This document shows positions 26,125-37,455 of a stretch of 64,000 nt of DNA, piece by piece. Each line of letters begins with the position of its first letter. Within the stretch, counting starts at the first letter, position 1. The notes under the pieces were generated by a model. That model did not search any database, was not told where the DNA came from, and was given only the letters and a program-made list of their open reading frames with translations. Origin of the DNA: Lingula anatina (Eukaryota; Animalia; Brachiopoda); NCBI GenBank assembly GCA_051362555.1, contig CM120641.1, forward strand, positions 6,882,001 through 6,946,000, read 5' to 3'. The position numbers and the translations under genes were made by a program.

Positions 26125-27830
26125 TGTTTGAAGATTAGAACATGAATCCCCCCCCCCAAACCTCCACTCAGCAGCGTTCAATGTCCGCTTCTATGGCAAA
26201 AGTGGGGCCCCGATTGGACCACTTCCTGTCCAGTGTTGACTTCCTCAATTAAGTCCAACACATGAACCTCATTCTCTTTCAAGTGGGTGGAAATGATGTA
26301 AGAGGCTCCCCCTTTGATGTGCAGCATGGCAAATTTTTACTACCATTTACCTTCAAAAATTTCCCTCTCAGGCCATCTCTCTTTCTATCTATGCTCACAG
26401 AGTTATTACCCTCTTCCCCAGCAAAGTAGTAAACTAGAAAAACATACGATGAGAAATTCAGTCTCAAAAGGGCCAGTGAGACAATAAAATGGGAAGAGAA
26501 TCCAGTTCCTTAAGGCCACTCTTTAGGGTCACCTAAAATAGAGAATTTTCATCCCCAGCCCTAAGAAACATGCAAAAATTTCAACAAAGGAAAATGCTCA
26601 TACTCTAGGTGCAGATTCTTAGACAAATGCCTGCTTTGTGGCAGATACCACCCCCTGTCGCTCTTCCGGTCAGCACCCAGAAACCCCACACCCTACCAAA
26701 GAAAAAACAACTAGCCTCGATTCAAATTCTTCACAAATGAAAAGGACCATCCTGTTATGCTGCTACTCAGAAAACTCATCTTACATTGTTTAAAAGAACA
26801 ACATTAACTTTTGCACCACCCACATATACCTGGCGTGGACAATTGTGCTGCTGATGTCCTTTCTCGGTCTAATTTAGACTGCACCGGCGGGCAGATCCTC
26901 ATCCTACATCTATTTCCCCAGCTTGGTCAATAGACAGCTTACTCAAGATTTCAACAGCACACTGGAAGCTGACCTCGCCAAGAACACCAGGAGGATTTAC
27001 TGCAAAATTGAGCCTCTTTTATTAGAATTCCAACAAAAAACTGGACTGAGAGCACTACCTTTGGATCTAGCAGTCACAGCCCTATTTGCGCAATACCTGA
27101 GTGAAAGGTTCAGACCATCATCCATCAGGACACACACCTCTGCGCTGAGCTATAAATATAAGATGGTGAGCATTATAAATATAAAGTCTTAGCTAGTGAT
27201 AAAGATTATTGCTTACCCATAAATCTGATTTATCAAGCTAGGATTTTATCAGAGTCGCTTCCTACAGCTGCCTCCATAAATAACATATCATGCATTGAAA
27301 CTTCTGGCAATATTAGCCAATCACGCAACGAGTTTGAATCACCTGAAGAGGATGAGAGAAGAGGCATTACTCGCGCTTTTCCGAAGACACTCACTAGACT
27401 GCAGTGCAGCCGTACAGACGTGCACGGATAAGAGACAATCAAGCTAGCTAACATGTATTTACAATGGTCTTTGCAAACCACCAATATAAAATTCTGGAAA
27501 ATGAAGGGCAGCTATGAAGCCACATCTGCCATGGTATGCGCAGACAGCACACATTTCAACGTCTATGGACATGTCAGGTTTTAGAAAAATCCCAAGTATG
27601 CTGCTAGCACCTAGCAAGACAATTGTGCTGCTGATGTCCTTTCTCCGTCTTATTTACAGGCCTTCAGAAGACTGCGCCCGTGGGCAGATCCTCACCCGAC
27701 ATCTATTTCCCCAATTTGATCAATAGACAGCTTACTCAAGATTTAAACAGCACACTGGAAGCTGTCCTCGCCAAGAACACCAGGAGGATTTACTGCAAAA
27801 TTGAGCCTCTTTAATTAGAATTCCAACAAA
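26125..27830 (+). mobile_element. Scrambled DIRS/Ngaro-type fragments, block 2, with an internal duplication
   Basis: SGNH piece (LFQVGGNDV), gag YDEKFSLKRA..WEE, RNase H end HIPGVDNCAADVLSR (about 26821-26868) and tyrosine recombinase N-terminus (26923-27175); about 26837-27040 is repeated at about 27617-27830. Confidence 0.8.
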
Positions 27831-28299
27831 ATACTGAACAAATAGTGAGTAAAATTAAGTTTAATTTATTCAAATGTATTTAAGCATGGCAGAAAGAAGT
27901 TAGTTTGGAATGCAAATAAGGATCAGGTATAAAAGAGGGTACAGAGCCACAGAGAGGGGGGGGGGGGACATATATAGAGAGAGCAGAGACCCGAGTTTTA
28001 CAGTCAGTTAAATAAACCACGTAGAGAAAGAAAACTACACCTGCCTGTCTCAGTTGTGTCATTGGTAAAAGGAAATCTAAGTACCCAAATAACTAACCAG
28101 CTGGTTATTACAATACACAGATGTAGACCACAAGATAATTCCTATGAAAGCAGATCAAATATTTATCAGTGCCATTATTTCACCATCCACCCTGGAAACC
28201 CTACTGGCCAGTCTACCACTTACAAGAGCCACAATTCCTACAAGAATCTCATGAGAATTTTCCTGTCATTTTTGTTTCTGAACTTTTTGGAGGCATATC

Positions 28300-28560
28300 T
28301 GCCAGGTAGATTACAGAGAAGTAGATTTTTGGCTAACCTGCAGAATGGAGATAAGGTCATGGTTGACCATGAATTTCAAATTCAGGACTTCCTGCTCTCA
28401 TACAGAGCTACTCTAAACGTGCCCCCTTTCATCAGAAAGTGCAACTATGACAAGGATAAAAGGTTTAACCATTACAGATAAATAAAAAATATTGCTAAAC
28501 ACAGAATCCATGTAGAGTGTGCAATGCAAAGACTTAAGTTATTCTGATTTGTAGAAAATG
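28300..28560 (+). pseudogene. Harbinger/ISL2EU-type DDE transposase fragment
   Basis: LQNGDKVMVDHEFQIQ...LNVPPF...IAKHRIHVECAMQRLK matches the GDxVMADRGF...PPF...RIHVER motif series. Confidence 0.75.
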
Positions 28561-29329
28561 AACTATGTTCCCATATGGCAAATCAGTATGTTACCTGCAG
28601 CCAGCACTTGTTACTAAGTGATGCAACAGAAAAATTCATTTGAGTGCAATAAAAGCAGAAGAATGAGTGCAGAAGACTTATTTATGTAAATAATACAGAA
28701 TGATTAAGAAAAATTGATGAGGGAGGAAGATGAGCCTGATCTAGCTGTCACAGCATTATTCAAACAATTCTTGAGCAATCCTTACAAGCCATCTTCCATC
28801 AGGACACACCTTTTTGCTACTAATACAAAATGCAAACTTCTGACCAACAACCGTATGAAGATCAGAACTGATATTCTGACCTGGCAATGAACTATATTCC
28901 AAAGCTTCAATAACAGGCAGTGTAAAGCATAAACACATATGAAGTAGAATTGGCTTTTTAAACACAGTCGTGGGTAATCAAGTTAACTCTTGAAGAATAT
29001 ACACTAACAACTTAGGGAGAGACAACATACACACCATGCCTGCATTCACCTGCAGTGTCTCACACCCTTGGGCTTGGGATGTGTTTGAGCCAGGTGTTCC
29101 AGCACATCAACCAATTTTACCACCATTAAAAGAAAGAACGGAAAAAGTCAGTGTGATAGCTATTATGGTTTAAGAATAGAAAACCACTCAAGTTACAGAA
29201 AATCAATTTGACAGTCCTGCCCTGTCTGTAAATTAGCAATTGTAAAACCCTCCAGGGAAAGGTGGTGGAGTCAGAAATTTACTGAAGAACTACCCCAGCA
29301 ATAGTACAGGCAAACAACAAATGCCATCC

Positions 29330-29405
29330 AGTTCAAGAGGTATGTGATGTGAAAGAGGCAGAAATGCTTCTGATTAGACACTCTCAAAGGGAATTATACT
29401 CAACC
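29330..29405 (+). pseudogene. Possible BEL/Pao pol fragment
   Basis: VKEAEMLLIRHSQRE resembles the AExxII+xxQ helix between RNase H and integrase of BEL elements; the match is short. Confidence 0.3.
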
Positions 29406-30263
29406 CTAGTTCAGGGCATGCATAGGTAAAACGTGAGTAGTTGAAAATTTATACATTTATATTCAGAGATTATAAACACAATATGGTCCCCATAATCTGT
29501 CTGAAAGTGGTTATAAACTCTTTATCACTGAATACTAAATCATTAAATCTGTTGATATAGAAATAACTACTTTCCTTTTAAACCTGTAAAGCAGAGTAAT
29601 TTACAAAAATATAATGCGAAATTGAAAATATCACAAACTGCATATAATATGAAAACAGATAACATCAAATGGCAGGAATAAATATAAAGCATAATCTCAG
29701 TTTCTTTAGCATATGATAATTTCTCAACAATTATACTAACCCAAGCTACATAAAAAGAAACTTAATTCACTACACTGTAAACTGAATATATAATCTCATA
29801 GCAAAAATATATGTCTGATAATTCTATGTTTCTTCTGTGTTAATTGATATCTTATTATAGAACTTAAGTTCTCTGCACATTATAAAGTTTTAGCTAATAA
29901 AAATCCATTCCACAAGATTTGTTTGAGATAAATGATAATTGGTGTTATAAAGTGATGAGTTATCATAGCTTACAATATTTGATACTGTTTAAGCCACCAT
30001 TTCAAATTGTATTGCCCTAATGTTCATGCTCCTAATGTAATCACTAACCAAAATTTGCTTGTCTGTGAACAGTTATTAAGTCCTATAAAAGCAAAAACTG
30101 CAGTCACTCATTTATAATTACCATTATTGTTTCAGTACATAAGATTTTTAAAATAAATGAGATTCTTATATGGCATCATATGCCCTAGTTTCATGCTCCA
30201 TCAGTATTAGTGGTGAAGGCAACAAAAAGGTAAATGAGATTAATTAATAAATTTGTACCGTGA

Positions 30264-32874
30264 CTAAATGGTACACTCCTGTTCATAATAATGTGGAATG
30301 ACTTCATGACTATCTCTAAGAGTATACTTGCTCCAAACTGCATACTGTAGAACACCTAGTGTAAGTGGAATTAAACACAGCAGGTAGAACATGCTGCTCT
30401 GGAGTTGGTCTATTCCGGAATGTAGTTTGCCAAGCTTGTATTCCGCATACCCATTCCTATTGAGTATGGCCACTGCTAACATTGGGGCAAGAGATATGGC
30501 AGGCTTGATCACAAGAGCATTTGTACCATAGACCATGGAAGATATTGGGTGCCTGGAATGGATAGCAAGGACATTTTACCATGTGAATGGACAGTGTGGA
30601 GATGAAACTTATGTCTAGGAAGAATATTGTAGACATAACATTTAAGTCCAGGGTGTAATAAAATCTTATCTGTGCCACAACCACAAAAGGAATAAGCTAG
30701 GCCAGCCTTCAAGTTACTTACTCTCGATTATACAGTTTGGAGTCTTCATCCACAATATCTGACATAGGCATGTTCATCAAGGAGGATGTGGCACTGGTTA
30801 CACTACTGCAAGGCAAACAAAACACAAATGTGAAATAATAATCTCCAAGTTTTCTGTGTTTTAATTTTTGAATTAATTTCATACTTGTTTAATAGTATGA
30901 TCTTCTTTACTGACATTCAAGATATGTCTGTGCTAAAAATGAAATGTTTTTTTAGTACTGATGTCATTTTTTTCGATATGTAGTGCCAGGGGCAGGTAGA
31001 ACCGGCCGGATAGCTCAGTTGGTAGAGCACTCGCCCTGTTAGCGAGAGGTCCCAGGTTCCATTCCTGGTCTGGTCGGTGATTTTTCTGCACTCACCCCAA
31101 ATCGCTACAATGGTGGCAGCGGTGTTGCGAGATAGGGCTCGCGTCTTTCGGCACTTGGGGGGGAGGAGTGTAATGCCAGGGGCAGGTAGAACCGGCCGGA
31201 TAGCTCAGTTGGTAGAGCACTCGCCCTGTTAGCGAGAGGTCCCGGGTTCGATTCCTGGTCTGGTCGGTGATTTTTCTGCACTCACCCCAAATCGCTACAG
31301 ATATATAAGCTACCACTTATGCATAGAAGTATTATGCTTCTGAATATTTTTTAAATAAGCCAAGCTGAAATGAATGTCTAAAAGTACATACCTGTCTGTT
31401 ATGAGGAAAACCATCAGTAGATAGAGGTGGTCTTTGCCCCAAAACAACATGAAAAGAGATGAAAATATTTTCACCACAAAAGAGCTCCTGAAAATTTGAT
31501 ATGAACCAAACCTGGCCACCAAAGGAGATCCCAATAGCACCAGCATCTGAAATAGTGATTAATACTAGTGTTATAGAAAATGCCACTTTTAGGAAAATTA
31601 AGTTTCACTGAGGTGATCATAATTAAGTGAACTCACATCTACTAGTAAATTTCCCTTTTTTTATCATTTACATTTTTGCTTCTTTTTTTAAATAAATCTT
31701 ATACAAAAAAAGAAATCAAATATATATACTGTAGAAGGAAAATACTGTTGAAATATAAATATTTCTAATAGCTAGCAAAAAGATTTTTCAGAAATCTCAT
31801 ATATAACATACAGAAAATGGATTTTTACTAGGAATAGCATAACTTTGATTTAGAGAAATAAAGTTTATATTCGACCAATTTATATCACTTTTTTTTGGGG
31901 GGGGGGTCAAATTTTTTACATACCTACTTAAAAAATGCTTCAGTAACTATAGTGAAAAGAAAAACTCAAAATAGTATAAAGCTTACCATAGGTATCACAG
32001 TCACAAATCCATAGAAAACACTTCTGTAAACACTGGGCAATATTTCCTGTGGTACCATCATATCAGTGATAATGGCAGTAAAGTTCAACAAAAATGTTCT
32101 GTGTAATACTTGACAAAAGTTCATTAAAACAAAACAGATAAAGTTCCTCTGTCTCAGCAGTTGCCATGTCAGCTGCAACATGGAATACTTAGAAGATCTT
32201 GCAGCCTGATCTGTTCTGTTCTGACTGTCAAGAGAATTAGGTTTCAAGTCATATTCTGTATCTGCATAAATTCCAGTATAAGACATACACAGGAAGGCTA
32301 TCATAGCAATTAACATAGTATAACACTGAAATTCTCCTATTTTCTTCAAATTATCAGAAAACAAATTTGCGAAGAAAACACTGCCTGAACCAGCAAATGC
32401 TGCTAACTGTGCATACTTGATCAGTCTCAGCCTGTCCTGGTGCTTGCCTGACATTTCTGTGAAAATACAACACTGAGCAAGCAGCACAAAAGTAAACATG
32501 GCATCATAAAAACATAGCGCTACCACCAGGTGGAGCCCACAAAGCCAGCTGGAAATTCCAGGCTGATAGTTCCCCCAGGGAAACCAGGGCACCAGGAATG
32601 AAAGTGCAAAGAAAGGTCCGCCATAGAGCACAGCGTGACGTCTCTTCCTCACACACGCCAAGTTTGAATTGTCTTGACAATACCCAAACAAAGGGTCATT
32701 GATGGCGTTCCATATCATGAAGATGACCTGTGCAACATTGAACCACTCTTCGGAAATGTGATACAAGTTGAGGAAGAACTTGACGTAGTAGAACATGAAG
32801 ACCTCATTCATCATAGTGGCTCCCACACTGGTGGTGGCATAGGCCACTGAGGGCCAGTGAATCCTAACCATCAT
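30264..32874 (-). CDS. MFSD13A: Major facilitator superfamily protein 13A (TMEM180)
   Basis: Exons 31987-32874, 31392-31546, 30722-30805 and 30264-30552 with GT-AG junctions in phase give about 471 aa. Motifs include WNAINDPLFG, AVLYGGPFFALSFLVPWFPW and SSMVYGTNALVIKPAISLAPM. An acceptor at 32883 implies an upstream UTR exon. Confidence 0.93.
31004..31076 (+). pseudogene. tRNA-Thr(TGT)-like cassette in the 5' LTR
   Basis: Cloverleaf GGCCGGA/TCTGGTC, GCTC/GAGC, CTCGC-CCTGTTA-GCGAG; the T-loop is mutated to TTCCATT; non-canonical C33 and T37. Confidence 0.7.
31194..31266 (+). pseudogene. tRNA-Thr(TGT)-like cassette in the 3' LTR, with intact A and B boxes
   Basis: A box TAGCTCAGTTGG and B box GGTTCGATTCC, full cloverleaf, T5 run just downstream. 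The anticodon loop CCTGTTA lacks U33 and a purine at 37, so it is unlikely to be a translating tRNA. Confidence 0.75.
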
Positions 32875-34630
32875 TACAACTTCTGAAACAAAAATCATAA
32901 CATTATTGATTTATTGATTTAAACCATACCTGACATGGTATGATCAGCCTGTCAGCACAAAGTATTATTATTTTTTACTCTTAAATGTGACTGTATGACA
33001 GGATGAAAAAAGGATGCCATCCAGTGTAAGTTTAGACACAGTGCTTGGAGTTTTCAACTAAGTGCACTTTTCCAGCTAACAGGATTTGTTCTCAGTTATT
33101 CCAGGGCTGTTCATGCTTAGAACAGTTAACATGCCAGACAACCAGTGATTATTCCTGCTAAAGTTAATTTCTGTTTTCTGCCAACCATGACTAGTGTGGA
33201 CTTTCTCCATGATATCTACTAAAATATGTACAAAAATTCTAATCACACTGTAGGGCCCTGTGGGAATGGATCTACTTAGAACATCTGGAATAATGAGACT
33301 ACCATGCCTTTACGGGCTGAAATGCAAACAGTTGTCCATTAATATAACTAATCACCCTGATCACAGACTGTTCTATCTTATACAACCTAAACAAACCAGC
33401 AGATATTCCCTGGGAATTTAAATCTGAGTCACTTTAAAAGACAGAAAATCAAAATCAAACATCCAATGGGTGGTTCACAAATTATCATGTAGAAGCTTCA
33501 AGTTGACTGGCAAACTTTTTTTACTTTTTAATTATTTCATTTGTTTTAATTTATATAAAGGGATTGTATCCTGGTCTTTTATATCCAACAATACCCTTAT
33601 TTTTCTCAGTTACTAACTAGCAGCTATGTAGATACAGTGTTACAAACTCTTTATGTAGAAGTAGTTTCTACACAGCTGGAACAAAAAGACAAACTGGTGT
33701 TTGAACCAATACAAAAGGAATTTATAAAAGGAAATTATATATACTACCAAGACATGGGTATTTGTAGCCTTGGGACTTTGAAACAGAGTGGAATGAGGCC
33801 TTGCCTGCTTTAGGTACTTACTGTAGCTGAGACAAAGTCAGGGCTCATAAATATGATAATTGCATCAAGAGCCTTTGATTTGGGAGTGCAAATACCTGAA
33901 TTAATGACACTGTGCCGCAATTTAAGTACCCCAACTTAAAATTAATAGCCACAAGCATAGCGATGGACCACACTAATAATTGGTCTCAGGCCTTATTCAT
34001 ATATGACTACTTTCAATATGGCTGAAGATATGTGATATTTTTCCCCTTTCTACGTCTTTGGAGATTTTTGACATTTACGTCCAGGGACATTAAAGTGGTT
34101 AAAAATCTTTCATGTATTTATAGTTATCTTAAGAAAAATAAATGTACAGTATGTAAAAATTCTCAAAACAAACCAATCTTATGTATTTGTATATTCTACT
34201 GCCTGTAATGCATATTAATTAATACGGCAGCAATGCACTCTCAACAATATCCAGCACAATAATGAACATACTAAATGGGTAGAAAAGCAGATTTGCGGCT
34301 TGTGGACCATAGTTTCACATGGTACTTTGGGATTCTTAATTCATGGCTTGGGTCATTTATCTCGGCATTTGAATTCACAAACCTGAAGCTTGAGTTCGCA
34401 AACCCATTCAATTATCTGTTTGTAAGGCATGAGGGTGGCGCAATACAAACAGTTAAATAATATAAATAGAAATAGCATTCACTTCAAACTAGAAAGAGAT
34501 GTAAAAATCTCTTTAGTTTGATGCAAATGATCATTTTTACTTACAATGTGCTCAACGTCGGAGGGTATTTTCGTCTCCACTGCAACGAATTACGTGGCGC
34601 CTCGGAACCTCGATCCCAACACTTCCAATT

Positions 34631-34746
34631 GAATTAAAGTTGCATGTTTATTGATCATAAAGAACCTTAACATACAAGGTACAGATCATTGATAGCGTAC
34701 AAGCAAATATAAAATGGTCACAGAAATACAATACTAGATATAATAG

Positions 34747-34786
<40 letters not shown>

Positions 34787-35622
34787 AAAACACTACATGG
34801 AACATACGAATTAAACTTACACCTAAGAAAGGATATTTTACTGACCGACATCCAACTATAACAAGGCACCATAACACTACTAGCAATAATGACGCACAAT
34901 TACAATGAGAAATAAATAAATAATTATATAGGTTATATATCCAGCTACAGTAGTTTTTTTGTGTGTAGCATTTCGTTAACCCATACTATCCATCCATCCC
35001 GACTTTGCTAATGACACACAGGGATTATGTTAACTAGTGTTCTGGATAGTGAGCAACTTATCCCTAAGTTTTAAACAGCTACCTAAATATTGTACTACAA
35101 CATATATAATGTCCATCTCAACAGACCCCATTAGAAAGTTGAATATTTCTTTTTCACTAAACCCTTCAAATGATACAAAAGACTCTAGCTTAGTACTCAT
35201 TTGGTTCCGCTGCTCTGTATATACTGGGCATTCCCTAACTAGATGAAATTCATCTTCTATTCTCTGAAGATCGCACAATTTACATAACCTCTGCTCCAGC
35301 GGTGTCTTAGGTCGGGTAAATCTCCCCCGCTCCACCTGTAGGGTATGTGCACTTAATCTTATTTTACAGAAGGTGGCTCTTAGACTCTTATTCATAATAG
35401 TAGTGTAATTCTCACATGAGAATCTGTTTTTGAAGCCTACATATGTTCTAAGTTTTTTACTACTATCTACTGCCTTTATCATCCCTTCCCATTCCTCACT
35501 GTAGGCCTGCTTCATGTGTTGGTTTACTATGGCCTGTGTGTTGCTGTTGGATATTTTAATGGGATTAGCCCATAATTCCTCGGCATGGCCTACTACATGT
35601 AAGAGTGCCGCACATAATTCGA
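34631..35622 (-). mobile_element. 5'-truncated non-LTR retrotransposon (LINE; L2/CR1/RTE-X-like ORF2 C-terminus)
   Basis: ORF 35030-35515 with KLRTY...RLSAHTLQVERGR...RLCKLC...IEDEFHLVRECPVY; 3' UTR with AATAAA near 34647-34652; 10-bp TSD acttccaatt at 34621-34630 and 35623-35632. Confidence 0.85.
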
Positions 35623-35632
35623 ACTTCCAATT

Positions 35633-36111
35633 TCGTCAAATTGTATTTTTCTGCCCTTGAGGTATTTTACTAAGGGGTGGTAAGCCAAGCACAAAGCCTT
35701 CCATTTCCACCACGTGCAAAAAATAAAGCCACACACAGGGGGCAATAACACTGCTAACGGCTCAATTGTTTAAAGAAAAGTGATGCATACTCGACTGATC
35801 TGCAAGGAGCATGTCGAATGAATTACGGATCTCCAATCATAGAGAGCGGCTTAATCAAAAGAGTGAAAAATATTATTTGAAAATCGAATGGTACCTGTAA
35901 TTTTGTAAAATAAAATATTTAACATATTTTGTATACAATCTGAAATTGATGTAACATTTCATATATTATATATATATATTTCCCATCAGGCAAAATAAAC
36001 CGGAAGCATATGTCAAAGCAACTTCCGATTAATAGGACTCGTGTTTTCGAGAAAGTTCACCGTTATTATTTGCCCAAGCCTTAGTATTTTTGTTTCATTT
36101 TTTGGAATATC
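35633..36111. promoter_or_regulatory. Probable divergent promoter region between MFSD13A and AHSA1
   Basis: Head-to-head gene layout; ETS-like CCGGAAG at about 36000 and ACTTCCG at 36021; E-box CACGTG at 35711; candidate MFSD13A UTR-exon donor (minus GTAAGT) at about 34544. Confidence 0.45.
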
Positions 36112-37420
36112 ATGGCGAAGTGGGGTGAAGGAGATCCTCGTTGGATCGTAGAAGAGAGAGCTGACGCAACAAATGTTAACAATTGGCATTGGTAAGTTAC
36201 TTTTTACAAGAAATGCCCAAGCTAAAGAGACTAAAGAGATGGAGATATCCATGACAACTTCAACTAAAAACTGAGTCTCAAGTAAAATACATCATCATGT
36301 TTTATGTCTTTCATTAAGAATAGAAAAGGATATCGTGAGCTGGTAGACTAGATATTTTTTTATTATAATTTATGTACGAATTCAAATATGTGGATTCTCC
36401 TGCCGTAAACAGTTAGAGGATGGCACATACAATAGATCTGTGGATTCCAGGGGTCATGCCGATACTCCCCCGCACCGTTACTCCCCCGCACCGATACTCC
36501 CCCGCACCGTTACTCCCCCGCACCAATACTCCCCCGCACCGATACTCCCCCTTAGTAATTTTTTGCATTATGCACATCGATACGACCCCACACCGATAGA
36601 TCCCCGCATCGACAAACCCCCTGTAAAATTGCCGTTATACGCGCACCGTTACTCCCCCGCACCGTTACTCCCCCGTACCGATACTCCCCCGCATCATTAC
36701 TCCCCCTATGCAATTTTGACGAAACTGAGGATGGAGTAACAGAGTCAACCCTCCATTTAATTATACAGGTTAGGGTCAGTCTAGGTAAGTGGATCAAAAT
36801 CTACGACCCGTTTAAGTCCAAATTTTGCGGAGAATCTCATGTACTACGCAAGTCCTTTATGCGAAATTTCGAGTTCGCACGTATGTAAGCACGTACGGAA
36901 GATATTGAACATTTCCAATAGATTCTACGAATAATCTGCGAACAGCGAGGCCGCAAGCGTAATTTGCTCCTTTTCTAAGGAGTTTGCGATTGGTTTGCAA
37001 GTGACACTTGCCTGGTCCAAGATGCACGCCGCAAGAAATGAAGGAGAAAGAGCCCTTTGCGTGTTGAGTACGGCGCACGCCCTCACATCTATAACGAACA
37101 AAATCGAAAACAAGACGGGACTGCGAGTATAAAAGGCGCGCTCACGACGCATGCTCGTGTCTCGACAATTTCGTTGTGCAACAATTTTCAAAATTTTTGA
37201 ATTTTGCTCAATTCAGATTCTAATCTAATTCAGATTCAAAAGACAAGGGAAAGAAGCTTAAAGAGCAGAAAAGAAGGTTGGAGGAAAAAGACGGAAAAAG
37301 AAGCGCTTTAGCACTTCTTTTTTATTACTTAATAATTTTACGAATTCATCGTTGCCTGAAAAAAAGACATAGCTGCGTTATCTTAGATCAAAACTAACTT
37401 TGCCTTAAGTTAATAAAAAA

Positions 37421-37455
<35 letters not shown>

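Larger units (their letters stand above)
30979..31299 (+). mobile_element. Complete TRIM (miniature non-autonomous LTR retrotransposon) with tRNA-derived LTRs, Helenus-type
   Basis: Two 131-bp LTRs (30979-31109, 31169-31299; TGTA...TACA; 3 differences), PBS TGGTGGCAGCGGTG at 31111-31124, PPT ggggggaggag ending 31168, and TSD GATA at 30975-30978 and 31300-31303. Confidence 0.92.

Noticed and set aside
13200-29420. An intact host gene or autonomous transposon in the intergenic interval
   Set aside because: All recognisable coding pieces are short, frameshifted or stop-interrupted, come from unrelated families, and do not form a consistent spliced frame.
31004-31266. Two functional tandem tRNA-Thr genes or a simple SINE dimer
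   Set aside because: The anticodon loop is non-canonical, and both copies are embedded in LTRs with PBS, PPT and a 4-bp TSD, with no SINE-like tail.
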